Shown piece by piece: positions 50,202 to 59,634 of a stretch of 64,000 nucleotides of DNA. The position numbers and the translations under genes were made by a program. The notes under the pieces were generated by a model. That model ran no database searches and was not told where the DNA came from. It was given only the letters and a program-made list of their open reading frames with translations. Location: NCBI GenBank assembly GCA_963668675.2, contig CAXXMB010000001.1, positions 800,001-864,000 of the forward strand, in the 5' to 3' direction. Every line of letters starts with the position of its first letter. Within the stretch, counting starts at the first letter, position 1. Origin of the DNA: an uncultured Desulfatitalea sp. (GTDB lineage Bacteria; Desulfobacterota; Desulfobacteria; Desulfobacterales; Desulfosarcinaceae).

Positions 50202-51143
50202 TCATTCATCGAGCTCTACGAGCTCTAATACGTTGACGCGATTGCGCCCCTCCCTCTTGGATTGATAGAGCTGTTCGTCAGCTTGGTTGATCAACTGCTC
50301 CATGGAGATTGCCGGATTATCCATCTTTGCACAGGCGCCTCCAAAGCTTGCGGTCACCTGAATCTTTTGCCCCTCATACTCGACCTCCAGGTTTGAAATG
50401 GCGTTCCGGAGCCTTTCGGATAGCGTACGGGTTCCAAAGCTGTCGGTTTCAGGCAGGATGATCAGAAACTCCTCACCGCCGTATCGCACCACCCAATCTA
50501 TTTTTTCACGCACCTGCATGGTCAGGCAGTTGCCGACCAGCTTCAAGACAAGATCGCCGGCCTGGTGCCCGTAGGTATCATTGATCCTCTTGAAATGGTC
50601 GATATCGCTGATGACCACCGAAAGAGAGTGTTTGTATCGCCGGGCACGGCTGAACTCCTGCGGATAGCGCTCATTAAGATATGTCCTGTTGAAGCAGCCC
50701 GTTAAGGGGTCCGTAATCGAAAGCAGGCGAATCTCTTTGTTTGCGTTGAGAAGCGATTGCTCCAATTTGAGAATACGGATCCCCGTATTGATTCTGGCAA
50801 GCAGTTCAGCCGAGTGGATCGGTTTGGTAAGGTAGTCGTCTGCTCCGGATTCCAGCCCGGATACGATATCGGTCTTGGAGTCACGGGCCGTAATCAGGAT
50901 GATGAAGACATAGCCATCCATCTTGCGGTCCCGAATATTGCGGCAAAGTTCGGGCCCGTCCATCTCGGGCATCATCCAGTCGGTCAGAACGATGGGGTAA
51001 AACTGTTGGTCCAGCAGCGAAATCGCCTCTTTTCCGTTTCCAGCAGAGGTGACTTCAAAACCTGCTTTTTTCAGGTACCTTTCTATCAGTGCACGAGATA
51101 CGACATCATCATCCACAACCATGATAGGGAAACCGGTATCCAT
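50202..51143 (-). CDS. Response regulator diguanylate cyclase (REC-GGDEF)
   Basis: REC: VVDDD, TDWMMPEMDG, DYLTKP. GGDEF: DPLTG, DIDHFKRINDTYGH, RYGGEEF. Confidence 0.95.
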   Translation of the reverse strand: MDTGFPIMVVDDDVVSRALIERYLKKAGFEVTSAGNGKEAISLLDQQFYPIVLTDWMMPEMDGPELCRNIRDRKMDGYVFIILITARDSKTDIVSGLESGADDYLTKPIHSAELLARINTGIRILKLEQSLLNANKEIRLLSITDPLTGCFNRTYLNERYPQEFSRARRYKHSLSVVISDIDHFKRINDTYGHQAGDLVLKLVGNCLTMQVREKIDWVVRYGGEEFLIILPETDSFGTRTLSERLRNAISNLEVEYEGQKIQVTASFGGACAKMDNPAISMEQLINQADEQLYQSKREGRNRVNVLELVELDE

Positions 51144-51188
51144 CAACCCACCTTTTCGTATCAATCCGCGTCAGCTGTTTCATTTGGA

Positions 51189-51215
51189 ATTTCGGCTTTT
51201 TGAGGTATTTCTTTA
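51189..51215 (-). promoter_or_regulatory. Putative sigma28 (FliA) promoter of the diguanylate cyclase
   Basis: Minus strand TAAA-N15-GCCGAAAT versus consensus TAAA-N15-GCCGATAA, 45 nt upstream of the ATG. Confidence 0.55.
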
Positions 51216-51384
51216 GATAAGGATTTCATTTAACAAATATGATGCCGTGTTTCAATGACATGTGTGGTGAATTCGTACGAGTTGTCTTGACCCCAATTTC
51301 ACTGCTTGATAATGTATTTGGAAATTTCTACCGGTTAGTGCCTTTTCCAAAATGCCCGAACGCCTATCCGAAGGAGCCCTCAAT

Positions 51385-51618
51385 ATGCCCAGCCAAGGAA
51401 ATGACAAGCTCCGCATCCACGTGAACATTGAGATATCGACAGCGGCGCTCCAGGCCATCGTTGCCAATGCCAAGCGCTTCGCATCCAAAGGAGCCAACGG
51501 ATCCTACCACATCGATACGGCCGACAAGGTAAGCGAAATGGTGACGCGTTTTTTGGAAGAAAATGACTTCGAAGGATTTGTCAATAACTTAGAGAACTAT
51601 GCGATCACCGATGATTAA
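51385..51618 (+). CDS. Small hypothetical protein
   Basis: 77 aa from an ATG preceded by AAGGAG; protein-like composition. Confidence 0.65.
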   Translation: MPSQGNDKLRIHVNIEISTAALQAIVANAKRFASKGANGSYHIDTADKVSEMVTRFLEENDFEGFVNNLENYAITDD

Positions 51619-51770
51619 TGACTTCGGACCATCCCATGCGACTTCTTTTCCTTCTTTATCCCTGCGGCCGCTCTCGTCGCTATCGCAACCTGCAAAGGCC
51701 TCGCGTCGCCCCTTCAACTCAAACAAGCGCATTAACATAATGGCCCATTACCTTCCCCCCGATATTCTGG

Positions 51771-51786
51771 TGGAATCTATCGTGCA
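51771..51786 (+). promoter_or_regulatory. Possible sigma54 promoter
   Basis: TGGAATCTATCGTGCA has GG-N10-GC spacing, about 50 nt upstream of the enoyl-CoA hydratase; only a partial consensus match. Confidence 0.3.
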
Positions 51787-51836
51787 TCCAAACCGTGACG
51801 CAGGGTGTAATTAAAATTAGCGAATTGGAGAATAAT

Positions 51837-52622
51837 ATGGATTTTGAAACCGTTCGATACTTGAAAGACGACGGCGTCGCTACCATCATGTTGAACCGTC
51901 CCAACGTGCTGAATGCGATGAACAAACAACTTTGGATCGATCTCCAATCATCCCTTAAGGACGCGCGTGAAGACGAAACCATAAAGGTCGTGGTCATTAC
52001 CGGCCAAGGGCGGGCCTTTTCCACGGGCGCTGATCTCAAAGACTCTAAAAACCGGACCGCGGAGCAGTACAGGGACTATCTTGAGGCGTTACAGGAGGTG
52101 TCCAGGCAGATCATACGCTTTGACAAACCCACCATTGCAGCGATCAACGGTTTTGCCCTCGGATCCGGCTATGAACTGGCCCTGGCCTGTGATATTCGTA
52201 TCGCCTCGATAGAGGCATCCATTGGCTCCCCGGAAGCGCGCGTGGCCTCCTCTATTACAGGTGGCGCTTTCCGTTTGATTCAGGACCTGGTCGGCCCTGG
52301 AAAAGCAAAGGAGTTGCTGTTTACGGCGGATTCAATCGATGGCCGTGAAGCTGAACGCATCGGACTGGTCAACAAAGCTGTACCGGCCGAGCAGTTGATG
52401 CCTGAGACCTATGAAATGGCAGGACGAATTGCCCAGAATGCCCCCTTTTCGCTGAAAATGATCAAACGGGGTTTGCATCTGGCTCAGGGTGAAATCAGTC
52501 TCGAAGGGCTGATGGATTTCGAGGTGGAGGCCTGCCTGGCCTGCGTTTCGACCGCCACGCGCAGTGAAGCGCTTGATCGGTTTGAAAAACGCAAAGGGGT
52601 GTCGGGAGATTCGAAATCATAG
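51837..52622 (+). CDS. Enoyl-CoA hydratase/isomerase family protein
   Basis: LNRPNVLNAM, AFSTGADL, AAINGFALGSGYELALACD and PEARV; GGAG RBS. Confidence 0.92.
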   Translation: MDFETVRYLKDDGVATIMLNRPNVLNAMNKQLWIDLQSSLKDAREDETIKVVVITGQGRAFSTGADLKDSKNRTAEQYRDYLEALQEVSRQIIRFDKPTIAAINGFALGSGYELALACDIRIASIEASIGSPEARVASSITGGAFRLIQDLVGPGKAKELLFTADSIDGREAERIGLVNKAVPAEQLMPETYEMAGRIAQNAPFSLKMIKRGLHLAQGEISLEGLMDFEVEACLACVSTATRSEALDRFEKRKGVSGDSKS

Positions 52623-52667
52623 CTAAAGAGTGAAACGAAATGAGTTTGCGAAAGGGATGGCCATCTA

Positions 52668-54806
52668 ATGGGACTTGAAAGAGTGATGCGCCCCGATTCG
52701 GTTGCGGTGATCGGGGCTTCCAAAATTGAAACCAAGCGAGGCTATCAAACAATCCGCTCATTGCTGGATGAAAAGTATGAAGGACGCATCTATCCGATCA
52801 ATCCGAAGGAGTCGCATATCCTGGGGCTGAGATGCTATCCGCACATTTCCGCAATAGACGAGCCGATCGATATTGCGCTTATCGCCACGCCAGCGGCAAC
52901 CGTCCCGAAAATTCTCGATGAGTGCGGTCAAAAAGGGGTTGCCGGCGCCGTCATTCTCGCCGGCGGCTTCCGTGAGACCGGCCAGGCCGGAAAGAAGCTG
53001 GAGGATGAGATGGTGGATGTCGCCCTGAAAAACAACATCCGCCTGATCGGCCCCAACACCTCAGGCATGCTCAACATGGTGGACAACCTGAATCTGGTTG
53101 GGATGAGGGATGTCCCCAAAGGCGACATCGCCCTCTTGAGTCAGAGCGGGAATATGGCCTTGAGCATCATCACAGAGGCAAAATTGAAGAGCCGCAAAGG
53201 TCTCTCCTACTATGTCGGGGTCGGCAACGAGGCAGACATTCGTTTTCACGAATATTTGTCCTTCTTCCGAGATGATCCAAACACGCGTGCCATTTTAATT
53301 TATGTCGAAGGGATGCGTGAAGGTCGCAATTTCCTGCAGCAGGCCTATCTGACCACCCAGGAGAAACCAATCATTCTGCTTAAGAGTGGTCGCTCCGCAA
53401 CCGGCAAAAAATCAGCCGGATCCCATACCGGTTCACTGGCCGGCATGTCCGAAGTTGCCATCAGCGCATTCAAAAGGGCCGGCATTGTAGTCATCGAAAA
53501 ATCGGACGAGCTTTTCCCCGCGGCCGAAACACTCTCATGCTGCCCACCCATCCGTAACAACAAAGTGGCCATCCTGGCGGACGGAGGGGGGCACGCTACC
53601 ATTGCCGCCGATATTCTGACCGATTTCGGTATTGAATTGCCAAAGTTGGAGGAGAAAACACAGCAGAAGCTACGCGATATCCTTCCGGCGGCAGCGTCGG
53701 TGACAAACCCGGTCGATGTGGCCGGCGGCACAGACTCGGATCCATCCCTCTTTGCCGATTGCGCCCGCATTATTCTCAAAGATCCCCAGGTGGGCGGCAT
53801 GTTGCTGGTCGGCCTGTTCGGCGGATATGGAATACGGTTCGCCGAGTCCCTGGCATTGAAAGAGGAGGATGCGGCTCATCAGATGGGAAAAATGTCGGCC
53901 CAACGGCACAAGCCCATCGTTATCCATAGCCTCTTCAACTCCGAACGTCCCCACTCCCTTGACCTGTGCCGCTACTACAATCTACCGGTGTACGACTCGC
54001 TCGATGTGGCCTGTAAATGCATCTCAGTATTGGCCGAATATGGGCTCTACCTGAAAAGCTACCACGCCAAAACCAATTTTGTTTTAAATTCGGGGAGTAA
54101 ATCGAAGCCTGAAGGCCGCCTTATATTTGAGAACGCTAGAGCCGAGGGCCGCAACTCTCTTCTGGAGCACGAGGCGAAGCAGCTTTTCCGGTTGCACGGC
54201 GCCCCGGTTGAAAAGGCCCGGATAGCCGTTTCAGCTGACGAAGCCATCCAGATCGCAGAGCGCATCAAAGGACCGGTGGCCATGAAGATTGTCTCACCGC
54301 AAATATTGCATAAAAGTGATGCCGGCGGTGTCAAAATCAATGTCAAAGGAAAGGGCCAGATACGCCAGAGCTTCAATAAACTCATTTCAAATGCACGCCA
54401 ATTCAATAAAGAAGCTGATATCCGCGGCGTTTTGGTCGAACCAATGGCCGCTCCCGGAATCGAGATCATCATCGGCACCAAGATAGACGAACAGTTCGGC
54501 CCCATTATCATGTACGGCCTTGGGGGCATCATGGTCGAGATTCTAAAGGATATTGCTTTTCGGGTGCTGCCGATCTCCCGTTTGACGGCCAAGACCATGA
54601 TTGATGAGACCAAATCCGCCCCTATCCTGCGCGGTGTGCGCGGCTCCAAGCCACACGACCAGAAGGCCCTCGTCAACCTGCTGCTGCTGGTATCGGAAAT
54701 GGTTGAGTCCTACCCGGAGATCGAGGAGATGGATCTGAATCCGGTCATGCTGCACGAAAAGGGAGCCACGATCGTCGATGCACGCATCATTCTGAAGTCC
54801 GAATAG
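52668..54806 (+). CDS. Acyl-CoA synthetase (NDP-forming), fused alpha/beta (acetate-CoA ligase family)
   Basis: VAVIGAS, IGPNT, SQSG, GSHTGSLAG (phospho-His), NPVD, and ATP-grasp HKSDAGGV and EMDLNP. Confidence 0.9.
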   Translation: MGLERVMRPDSVAVIGASKIETKRGYQTIRSLLDEKYEGRIYPINPKESHILGLRCYPHISAIDEPIDIALIATPAATVPKILDECGQKGVAGAVILAGGFRETGQAGKKLEDEMVDVALKNNIRLIGPNTSGMLNMVDNLNLVGMRDVPKGDIALLSQSGNMALSIITEAKLKSRKGLSYYVGVGNEADIRFHEYLSFFRDDPNTRAILIYVEGMREGRNFLQQAYLTTQEKPIILLKSGRSATGKKSAGSHTGSLAGMSEVAISAFKRAGIVVIEKSDELFPAAETLSCCPPIRNNKVAILADGGGHATIAADILTDFGIELPKLEEKTQQKLRDILPAAASVTNPVDVAGGTDSDPSLFADCARIILKDPQVGGMLLVGLFGGYGIRFAESLALKEEDAAHQMGKMSAQRHKPIVIHSLFNSERPHSLDLCRYYNLPVYDSLDVACKCISVLAEYGLYLKSYHAKTNFVLNSGSKSKPEGRLIFENARAEGRNSLLEHEAKQLFRLHGAPVEKARIAVSADEAIQIAERIKGPVAMKIVSPQILHKSDAGGVKINVKGKGQIRQSFNKLISNARQFNKEADIRGVLVEPMAAPGIEIIIGTKIDEQFGPIIMYGLGGIMVEILKDIAFRVLPISRLTAKTMIDETKSAPILRGVRGSKPHDQKALVNLLLLVSEMVESYPEIEEMDLNPVMLHEKGATIVDARIILKSE

Positions 54807-54815
54807 CAGCCCGGC

Positions 54816-55403
54816 CTACTCATTTTTCATGCCGTCTGTAAAGATGGTTCCCTCTCCCGGATAGATGATTCTCTCATCTGCGGGAATGGGCTTCTCGGGA
54901 TCGGGCCAATGCCCCTTTTGCGGATCTGCCCCTTCGCTTGCGAACCGATGGGTTTCCCTGTCGGCCATTTGAGGATGTGAACGAAGATCGACCTCGGCGA
55001 CAGCGGCACTGAACTCTATGGCAATGTTATTGGGATCGAAGCTGTATATGGAATGGATGAAGCCGTGATCGATCATTTCAGATACCCAGATATCGGCTGC
55101 CTCCAAACGTCCTTTGATCTGCCACAGATCTTCATCGCTCTCGACCCCGATCGCCACGTGATCGAAAGCCACAGGCCCCTTCACCGGCACTCCATGATCC
55201 TTTTCAACTACGGGCCGGGCCTCAGGCCACTCGAAGAAAGAGATCATGTCGTGGGGAGATATTTCGAAGAAGTAGTGACGGTAACCGGGTCGTCCAAGGC
55301 CCGCCACCAAGCGCATTTCGAGAAGATCACGCCAGAAGCGGATCGTCGCCCCCATATCGTTGGTCACCATCGCCAGATGGTTGACACCGTTGTATCGAAT
55401 CAT
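54816..55403 (-). CDS. VOC/glyoxalase family protein
   Basis: NHLAMVT, HYFF, DHVAI and SIYSFDPNNIAIEF motifs. Confidence 0.85.
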   Translation of the reverse strand: MIRYNGVNHLAMVTNDMGATIRFWRDLLEMRLVAGLGRPGYRHYFFEISPHDMISFFEWPEARPVVEKDHGVPVKGPVAFDHVAIGVESDEDLWQIKGRLEAADIWVSEMIDHGFIHSIYSFDPNNIAIEFSAAVAEVDLRSHPQMADRETHRFASEGADPQKGHWPDPEKPIPADERIIYPGEGTIFTDGMKNE

Positions 55404-55486
55404 GGTCTACCACCTCATGCGTCGTATTGATATTGCTTTAATAGGCTGGTTCTAATGGTTTTCAATTTTTACGCAGCGGATGCTGG

Positions 55487-56713
55487 CTACGCATGGGTCA
55501 ATAACCTGCGGTTAATCCCAGCCTTGTACATCTCAGCCCGTCCATCCAGCGTGTATCGGTCAGCGTCAGCCGGCACAATGATGGACTCTCCCTTTGTCAA
55601 CGCCATATTGCTTCCGCCGTCACCCCAGGCGATCTCTGCCTCTCCATCGATACAGAGCAGTATTTCCGGGCTATTCAATCGCTCTCCGCTGTCGTATCCT
55701 GCCGAAACTTCGGTGGAGATGGCCTCCAGTTCGAATTCATCCGCTTGGCTGGGATATCTCCTGGATGCGGGACAGATCGATGCCGGCTCAAGTATCTCCA
55801 ACGCTGGTGCGTCAAACGTCAGCACGTTGAGCAGTTCGTCGATATCCACATGTTTCGGGGTCAGGCCGCCACGCAGCACATTGTCCGAGTTGGCCATCAC
55901 CTCGATGGCTACCCCATGCAGATAGGCGTGAAGTTTGCCCGACGGTAGAAAAAGGGCCTGGCCAGGGTCGAGGGTGACCAGGTGCAGAATGCATGGGCTC
56001 AACACGCCGATGTCCCCCGGGTAGGTGTTGTTGAGTCTCACCATCCAGTCGTGGGCGGACTCAGATTGCTTCGCGTGCATCGTCGCCTCAACCAGATGGT
56101 CGATCAACTCCTTGCGGCTCTCTTTGGGCAGTCTCATCACGTGATTGAAGAAGGATTTAAGCGCTTCATCCTCTTCTCCCCCGGAGAGCAAATCCAGCTC
56201 ATGTCGACGTTGAACCGGCCAGATTGCGTTCAGCAGCCCGTATATCTCTTCTGCGGCACGAAAACCGCAAAGGGCGGTGAAAGGGGTCAGCGCGCATACG
56301 CACTCCGGTTTATGCTGATCGTCGCGGTAGTTGCGTTGGGGAGCCCTCAAGGAGATGCCCTGATCATTTTCCCGCGCGAATCCTTTCTGTGCCATCGCTT
56401 TGTCCGGATGGGCTTGAATGGATAGCGGCTGCTCGACAGCCAACACTTTGAGAAGAAATGGGAGCTGGGGGCCAAAGTGGCGAATGGCGGTTTCGCCCAG
56501 GAAGGAGAGCGGCTCCTGGCGGATCATTTCGTGCAAGCTCTGCCAGCGCCCCTGGTACCACACCTGGGACGGCGCCTTGGGGTGCGCCCCCATCCACAAC
56601 TCGGCTTCCGGCTGATTGGAGGGAGACGGTTGGCCCAGCAGTTCGGCAATTGCCGTCATTGATCCCCAGGCATAGGGCTGGATGGCGTTTTTCATCTTAA
56701 GCGGTCTGGTCAT
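55487..56713 (-). CDS. manA: Mannose-6-phosphate isomerase, class I
   Basis: YAWGS, AELWMGAHP, LPFLLKVL, LSIQAHP, DDQHKPE, HAYL and EVMANSDNVLRGGLTPKH motifs. Confidence 0.95.
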   Translation of the reverse strand: MTRPLKMKNAIQPYAWGSMTAIAELLGQPSPSNQPEAELWMGAHPKAPSQVWYQGRWQSLHEMIRQEPLSFLGETAIRHFGPQLPFLLKVLAVEQPLSIQAHPDKAMAQKGFARENDQGISLRAPQRNYRDDQHKPECVCALTPFTALCGFRAAEEIYGLLNAIWPVQRRHELDLLSGGEEDEALKSFFNHVMRLPKESRKELIDHLVEATMHAKQSESAHDWMVRLNNTYPGDIGVLSPCILHLVTLDPGQALFLPSGKLHAYLHGVAIEVMANSDNVLRGGLTPKHVDIDELLNVLTFDAPALEILEPASICPASRRYPSQADEFELEAISTEVSAGYDSGERLNSPEILLCIDGEAEIAWGDGGSNMALTKGESIIVPADADRYTLDGRAEMYKAGINRRLLTHA

Positions 56714-56842
56714 GGAATCCGCTCCTTTTTCATTTTGGGTGGATCACTCCCTTGTTCCATATGCAGGTTTACCTGTCCGGGGCTGCATGGTATAGCTTGA
56801 ATCGTGATTCTGGAATTGTCAAATTGTTAAATTATATGGAAA

Positions 56843-57499
56843 ATGCGTATTGCAATGGCCCTTAGAATCAATGAGATATTTCACAGCATTCAAGGCGAGT
56901 CAACGTCCGCCGGACTGCCCTTTGTTTTTGTCCGTTTGACCGGGTGCAATCTGAGATGCCGCTATTGCGACACCCAATACGCCTACGATGAGGGAGAGTG
57001 GCTGGAGGGTAGTGCTATTCTGTCTCGCATTTCGCATTTCAAGTGCCGGAGGGTGACCATCACTGGCGGAGAGCCCTTGTTGCAGGATGAAACCCCCGGG
57101 TTAGTGACCCAGCTGATCAACAAAGGGTATCATGTGTCGATGGAGACCAACGGCAGCTTGGACATCTCCGTCCTTGATTCACGCTGTACGAAAGTGGTGG
57201 ACGTCAAGTGCCCTTCGAGCGGCATGCAAGCGCACAACCTGATATCCAACACCGAACGGGTGGGCATTAACGATCAGCTCAAATTTGTCATCGCCGACCG
57301 GGCGGATTTCGAATTCGCCAGCTGCACCGTCGAAGGGATAGAGCACCCTTTGCCTGCCGGCAACATACTCTTCTCGCCGGCGCATGGCCGGCTTGCAGCA
57401 GAGCAACTGGCCGAGTGGATGCTCGAAGATGGCAGCAACGCCCGACTGCAGATTCAGCTGCACAAATACCTGTGGCCGGATATCGAACGAGGGGTCTGA
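56843..57499 (+). CDS. queE: 7-carboxy-7-deazaguanine synthase (radical SAM)
   Basis: EIFHSIQGES, FVRLTGCNLRCRYCDT, TGGEPL, ETNG and QLHK; adjacent to queC. The start may be 56855. Confidence 0.9.
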   Translation: MRIAMALRINEIFHSIQGESTSAGLPFVFVRLTGCNLRCRYCDTQYAYDEGEWLEGSAILSRISHFKCRRVTITGGEPLLQDETPGLVTQLINKGYHVSMETNGSLDISVLDSRCTKVVDVKCPSSGMQAHNLISNTERVGINDQLKFVIADRADFEFASCTVEGIEHPLPAGNILFSPAHGRLAAEQLAEWMLEDGSNARLQIQLHKYLWPDIERGV

Positions 57500-58195
57500 A
57501 TGCAGACGAAAGCGAAAGCCGTTGTCCTCTCCAGCGGGGGGATCGACTCCACCACAGCTTTGGCGTTGACGAAAGCGGAGGGGTTTGGCCTCTACAGCCT
57601 GAGTTTCGACTACGGCCAGCGCCACAGGTATGAACTAGAAGCGGCCAGCCGTGTGGCTGCCTTTTTCGATGTGGAAAAGCATCTGGTCGTTCGGATGGAC
57701 ATGACCGCCATTGGTGGGTCGGCGCTTACGTCGGATTTGCAGGTGCCAAAAGGGCGTGATAGCGATGACATGTCAGCGGACATCCCGATCACCTATGTCC
57801 CTGCCCGCAATACGATCTTTCTCTCCTATGCCATGGCCTGGGCCGAGGTAATTGCCGCATCGCGTATCGTCATTGGTGTAAATGCGGTGGACTACAGCGG
57901 CTATCCGGATTGCCGCCCGGAGTATATCGAGGCGTTCCAGAAGATGGCCAATCTGGCCACCCGATCGGCGGTCCAGGAGGGGCTTGAGATCACCATCCAC
58001 ACCCCGCTGATTCACATGACCAAAGCGCAGATCATCCAGGCGGGGACATCTATCGGTGTCGACTACGGCCTCACGCACAGCTGCTACGACCCCTCACCCG
58101 AAGGGTTGGCATGTGAAAAATGCGACAGTTGCATTTTAAGAATGAAAGGGTTCCAGGAGGCCGGCGTAAAAGATCCGACCCGCTATCAGAGATAA
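57500..58195 (+). CDS. queC: 7-cyano-7-deazaguanine synthase
   Basis: [32 protein letters not shown] and SCY...CEKCDSC motifs. Confidence 0.95.
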   Translation: MQTKAKAVVLSSGGIDSTTALALTKAEGFGLYSLSFDYGQRHRYELEAASRVAAFFDVEKHLVVRMDMTAIGGSALTSDLQVPKGRDSDDMSADIPITYVPARNTIFLSYAMAWAEVIAASRIVIGVNAVDYSGYPDCRPEYIEAFQKMANLATRSAVQEGLEITIHTPLIHMTKAQIIQAGTSIGVDYGLTHSCYDPSPEGLACEKCDSCILRMKGFQEAGVKDPTRYQR

Positions 58196-58209
58196 ACATT
58201 TGGAGGGAT

Positions 58210-59634
58210 ATGCGTGTCGTCCTGATCCATTTCCATCTCAACACCGGCGGCGTCACCACAGTCGTGCGGCAGCAAACAGAACTGCTCAAAGCGCTGGGGC
58301 ACGAGGTTCTCCTGCTGTCTGGCAGCAGGCCGCCGGAACAGTGGCCCGCCCCGATAGCGGTGGTGCCAGGCCTTGCTTATGACACCCCTGAAACCAGGGC
58401 CCCGGACGGCCCATACGAGACTGCCGAAAACATCCTCCAGGCCATTAACCGCGTGTGGCCCGGAAGGCAGCCCGACCTGATTCATGTTCACAACCCGACC
58501 CTGGCCAAGAACCGGTGCCTTCAGGCGGTGCTCAAACGGCTACAGCAGGCGGACCTGCCGCTCCTGTGCCAGGTTCACGATTTCGCGGAGGATGGCCGCC
58601 CGGAGGTCTTCTTCGAGGAGCCCTACATCGCCGACTGCCACTACGCAGTGGTCAACGGAAGGGACCGTCGCATCCTGATCGGTTGCGGCTTGCTGGAAAA
58701 GGGCGTTCACCATCTACCCAATGCTATCCGCCCGCTGAAATGGTACGACGAAGCACCTGCCCCCGATAGTGGACATGTGCTCTACCCGGTCAGGGCGATT
58801 CGCAGAAAAAACATTGGAGAGGCGATCCTGCTTCAGCAGTGCGCCTTTCCCGAGACACCGCTTGTCATCACCCTGCCCCCCACCAGCGCAGCGGACCTTC
58901 CCGGCTACGACATGTGGCGGCAATATGTGGCCCGCCATCATCTGCCGGTCACATTTGAAGCCGGTCTCCACAACGATTTCCAACACATGGTGACCGACAG
59001 CCGATTCCTTCTTACGACCAGTATCAACGAGGGATTCGGTTTTTCGTTTCTGGAAGCGTGGAGTGCCGGGAGAGCCCTGTGGGGGCGCCTGTTGCCCGAT
59101 ATCTGCAACGATTTTATCGAACTGGGTGTCGATCTGGCACATCTCTATCCACACCTGTGGATACCGATCGAATGGATCGATGCCCAGGCGAGCAAAGCGT
59201 CATGGCAATCGGCCCGGAAACGCTCAGCCCAACGATATGGCATGCCCATTCCAAGAGATCGTATAGAGGCCGAGTGGCTGGGGATCACAAGCGGGAACCG
59301 GATCGATTTCGGCCTGCTCTGCGAACGCTCCCAACGGGCGGTGATCGACCGGGTTATGGCTGGAAAGAAGATGGCGTCAAGAGATCTGATAGCGTTCAAT
59401 CCCCAACTTGGACGTTTCGGATCCGCTCAAGTGAGCCGTGATTTGGTGAAAAAAAATCGAGACATTGTCATGGAGCAGTTCTCCCTCTCCGGCTATTCGA
59501 ACCGGTTGATCGGAATTTATGAGAAGGTGTTATCGTGCCCGGTCAAACAGCGGATCGATAAGGGGGCCCTATTTTCCGCATTTATGACACCCTCTCGATT
59601 CAGCCTGCTGAAGTGGAGCGTTTTCGATGGATGA
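58210..59634 (+). CDS. GT-B glycosyltransferase (GT4-like)
   Basis: HFHLNTGGVTTV, HNPTLAKN, HDFAEDGR, YPVRAIRRKNIGE and EGFGFSFLEAW (EX7E). Start placed at ATG 58210 after GGAGGG. Confidence 0.8.
   Translation: MRVVLIHFHLNTGGVTTVVRQQTELLKALGHEVLLLSGSRPPEQWPAPIAVVPGLAYDTPETRAPDGPYETAENILQAINRVWPGRQPDLIHVHNPTLAKNRCLQAVLKRLQQADLPLLCQVHDFAEDGRPEVFFEEPYIADCHYAVVNGRDRRILIGCGLLEKGVHHLPNAIRPLKWYDEAPAPDSGHVLYPVRAIRRKNIGEAILLQQCAFPETPLVITLPPTSAADLPGYDMWRQYVARHHLPVTFEAGLHNDFQHMVTDSRFLLTTSINEGFGFSFLEAWSAGRALWGRLLPDICNDFIELGVDLAHLYPHLWIPIEWIDAQASKASWQSARKRSAQRYGMPIPRDRIEAEWLGITSGNRIDFGLLCERSQRAVIDRVMAGKKMASRDLIAFNPQLGRFGSAQVSRDLVKKNRDIVMEQFSLSGYSNRLIGIYEKVLSCPVKQRIDKGALFSAFMTPSRFSLLKWSVFDG

Noticed and set aside
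56843..58195. queE/queC as part of a Dpd-type DNA modification defence system
   Set aside because: No dpdA/TGT-like or other dpd genes are in the window.
58120..58209. Longer ORF-track starts (also 11268, 16254, 19794, 31117, 35144, 48723, 51795)
   Set aside because: They overlap upstream genes or lack an RBS, so downstream ATGs at the apparent domain starts were preferred.
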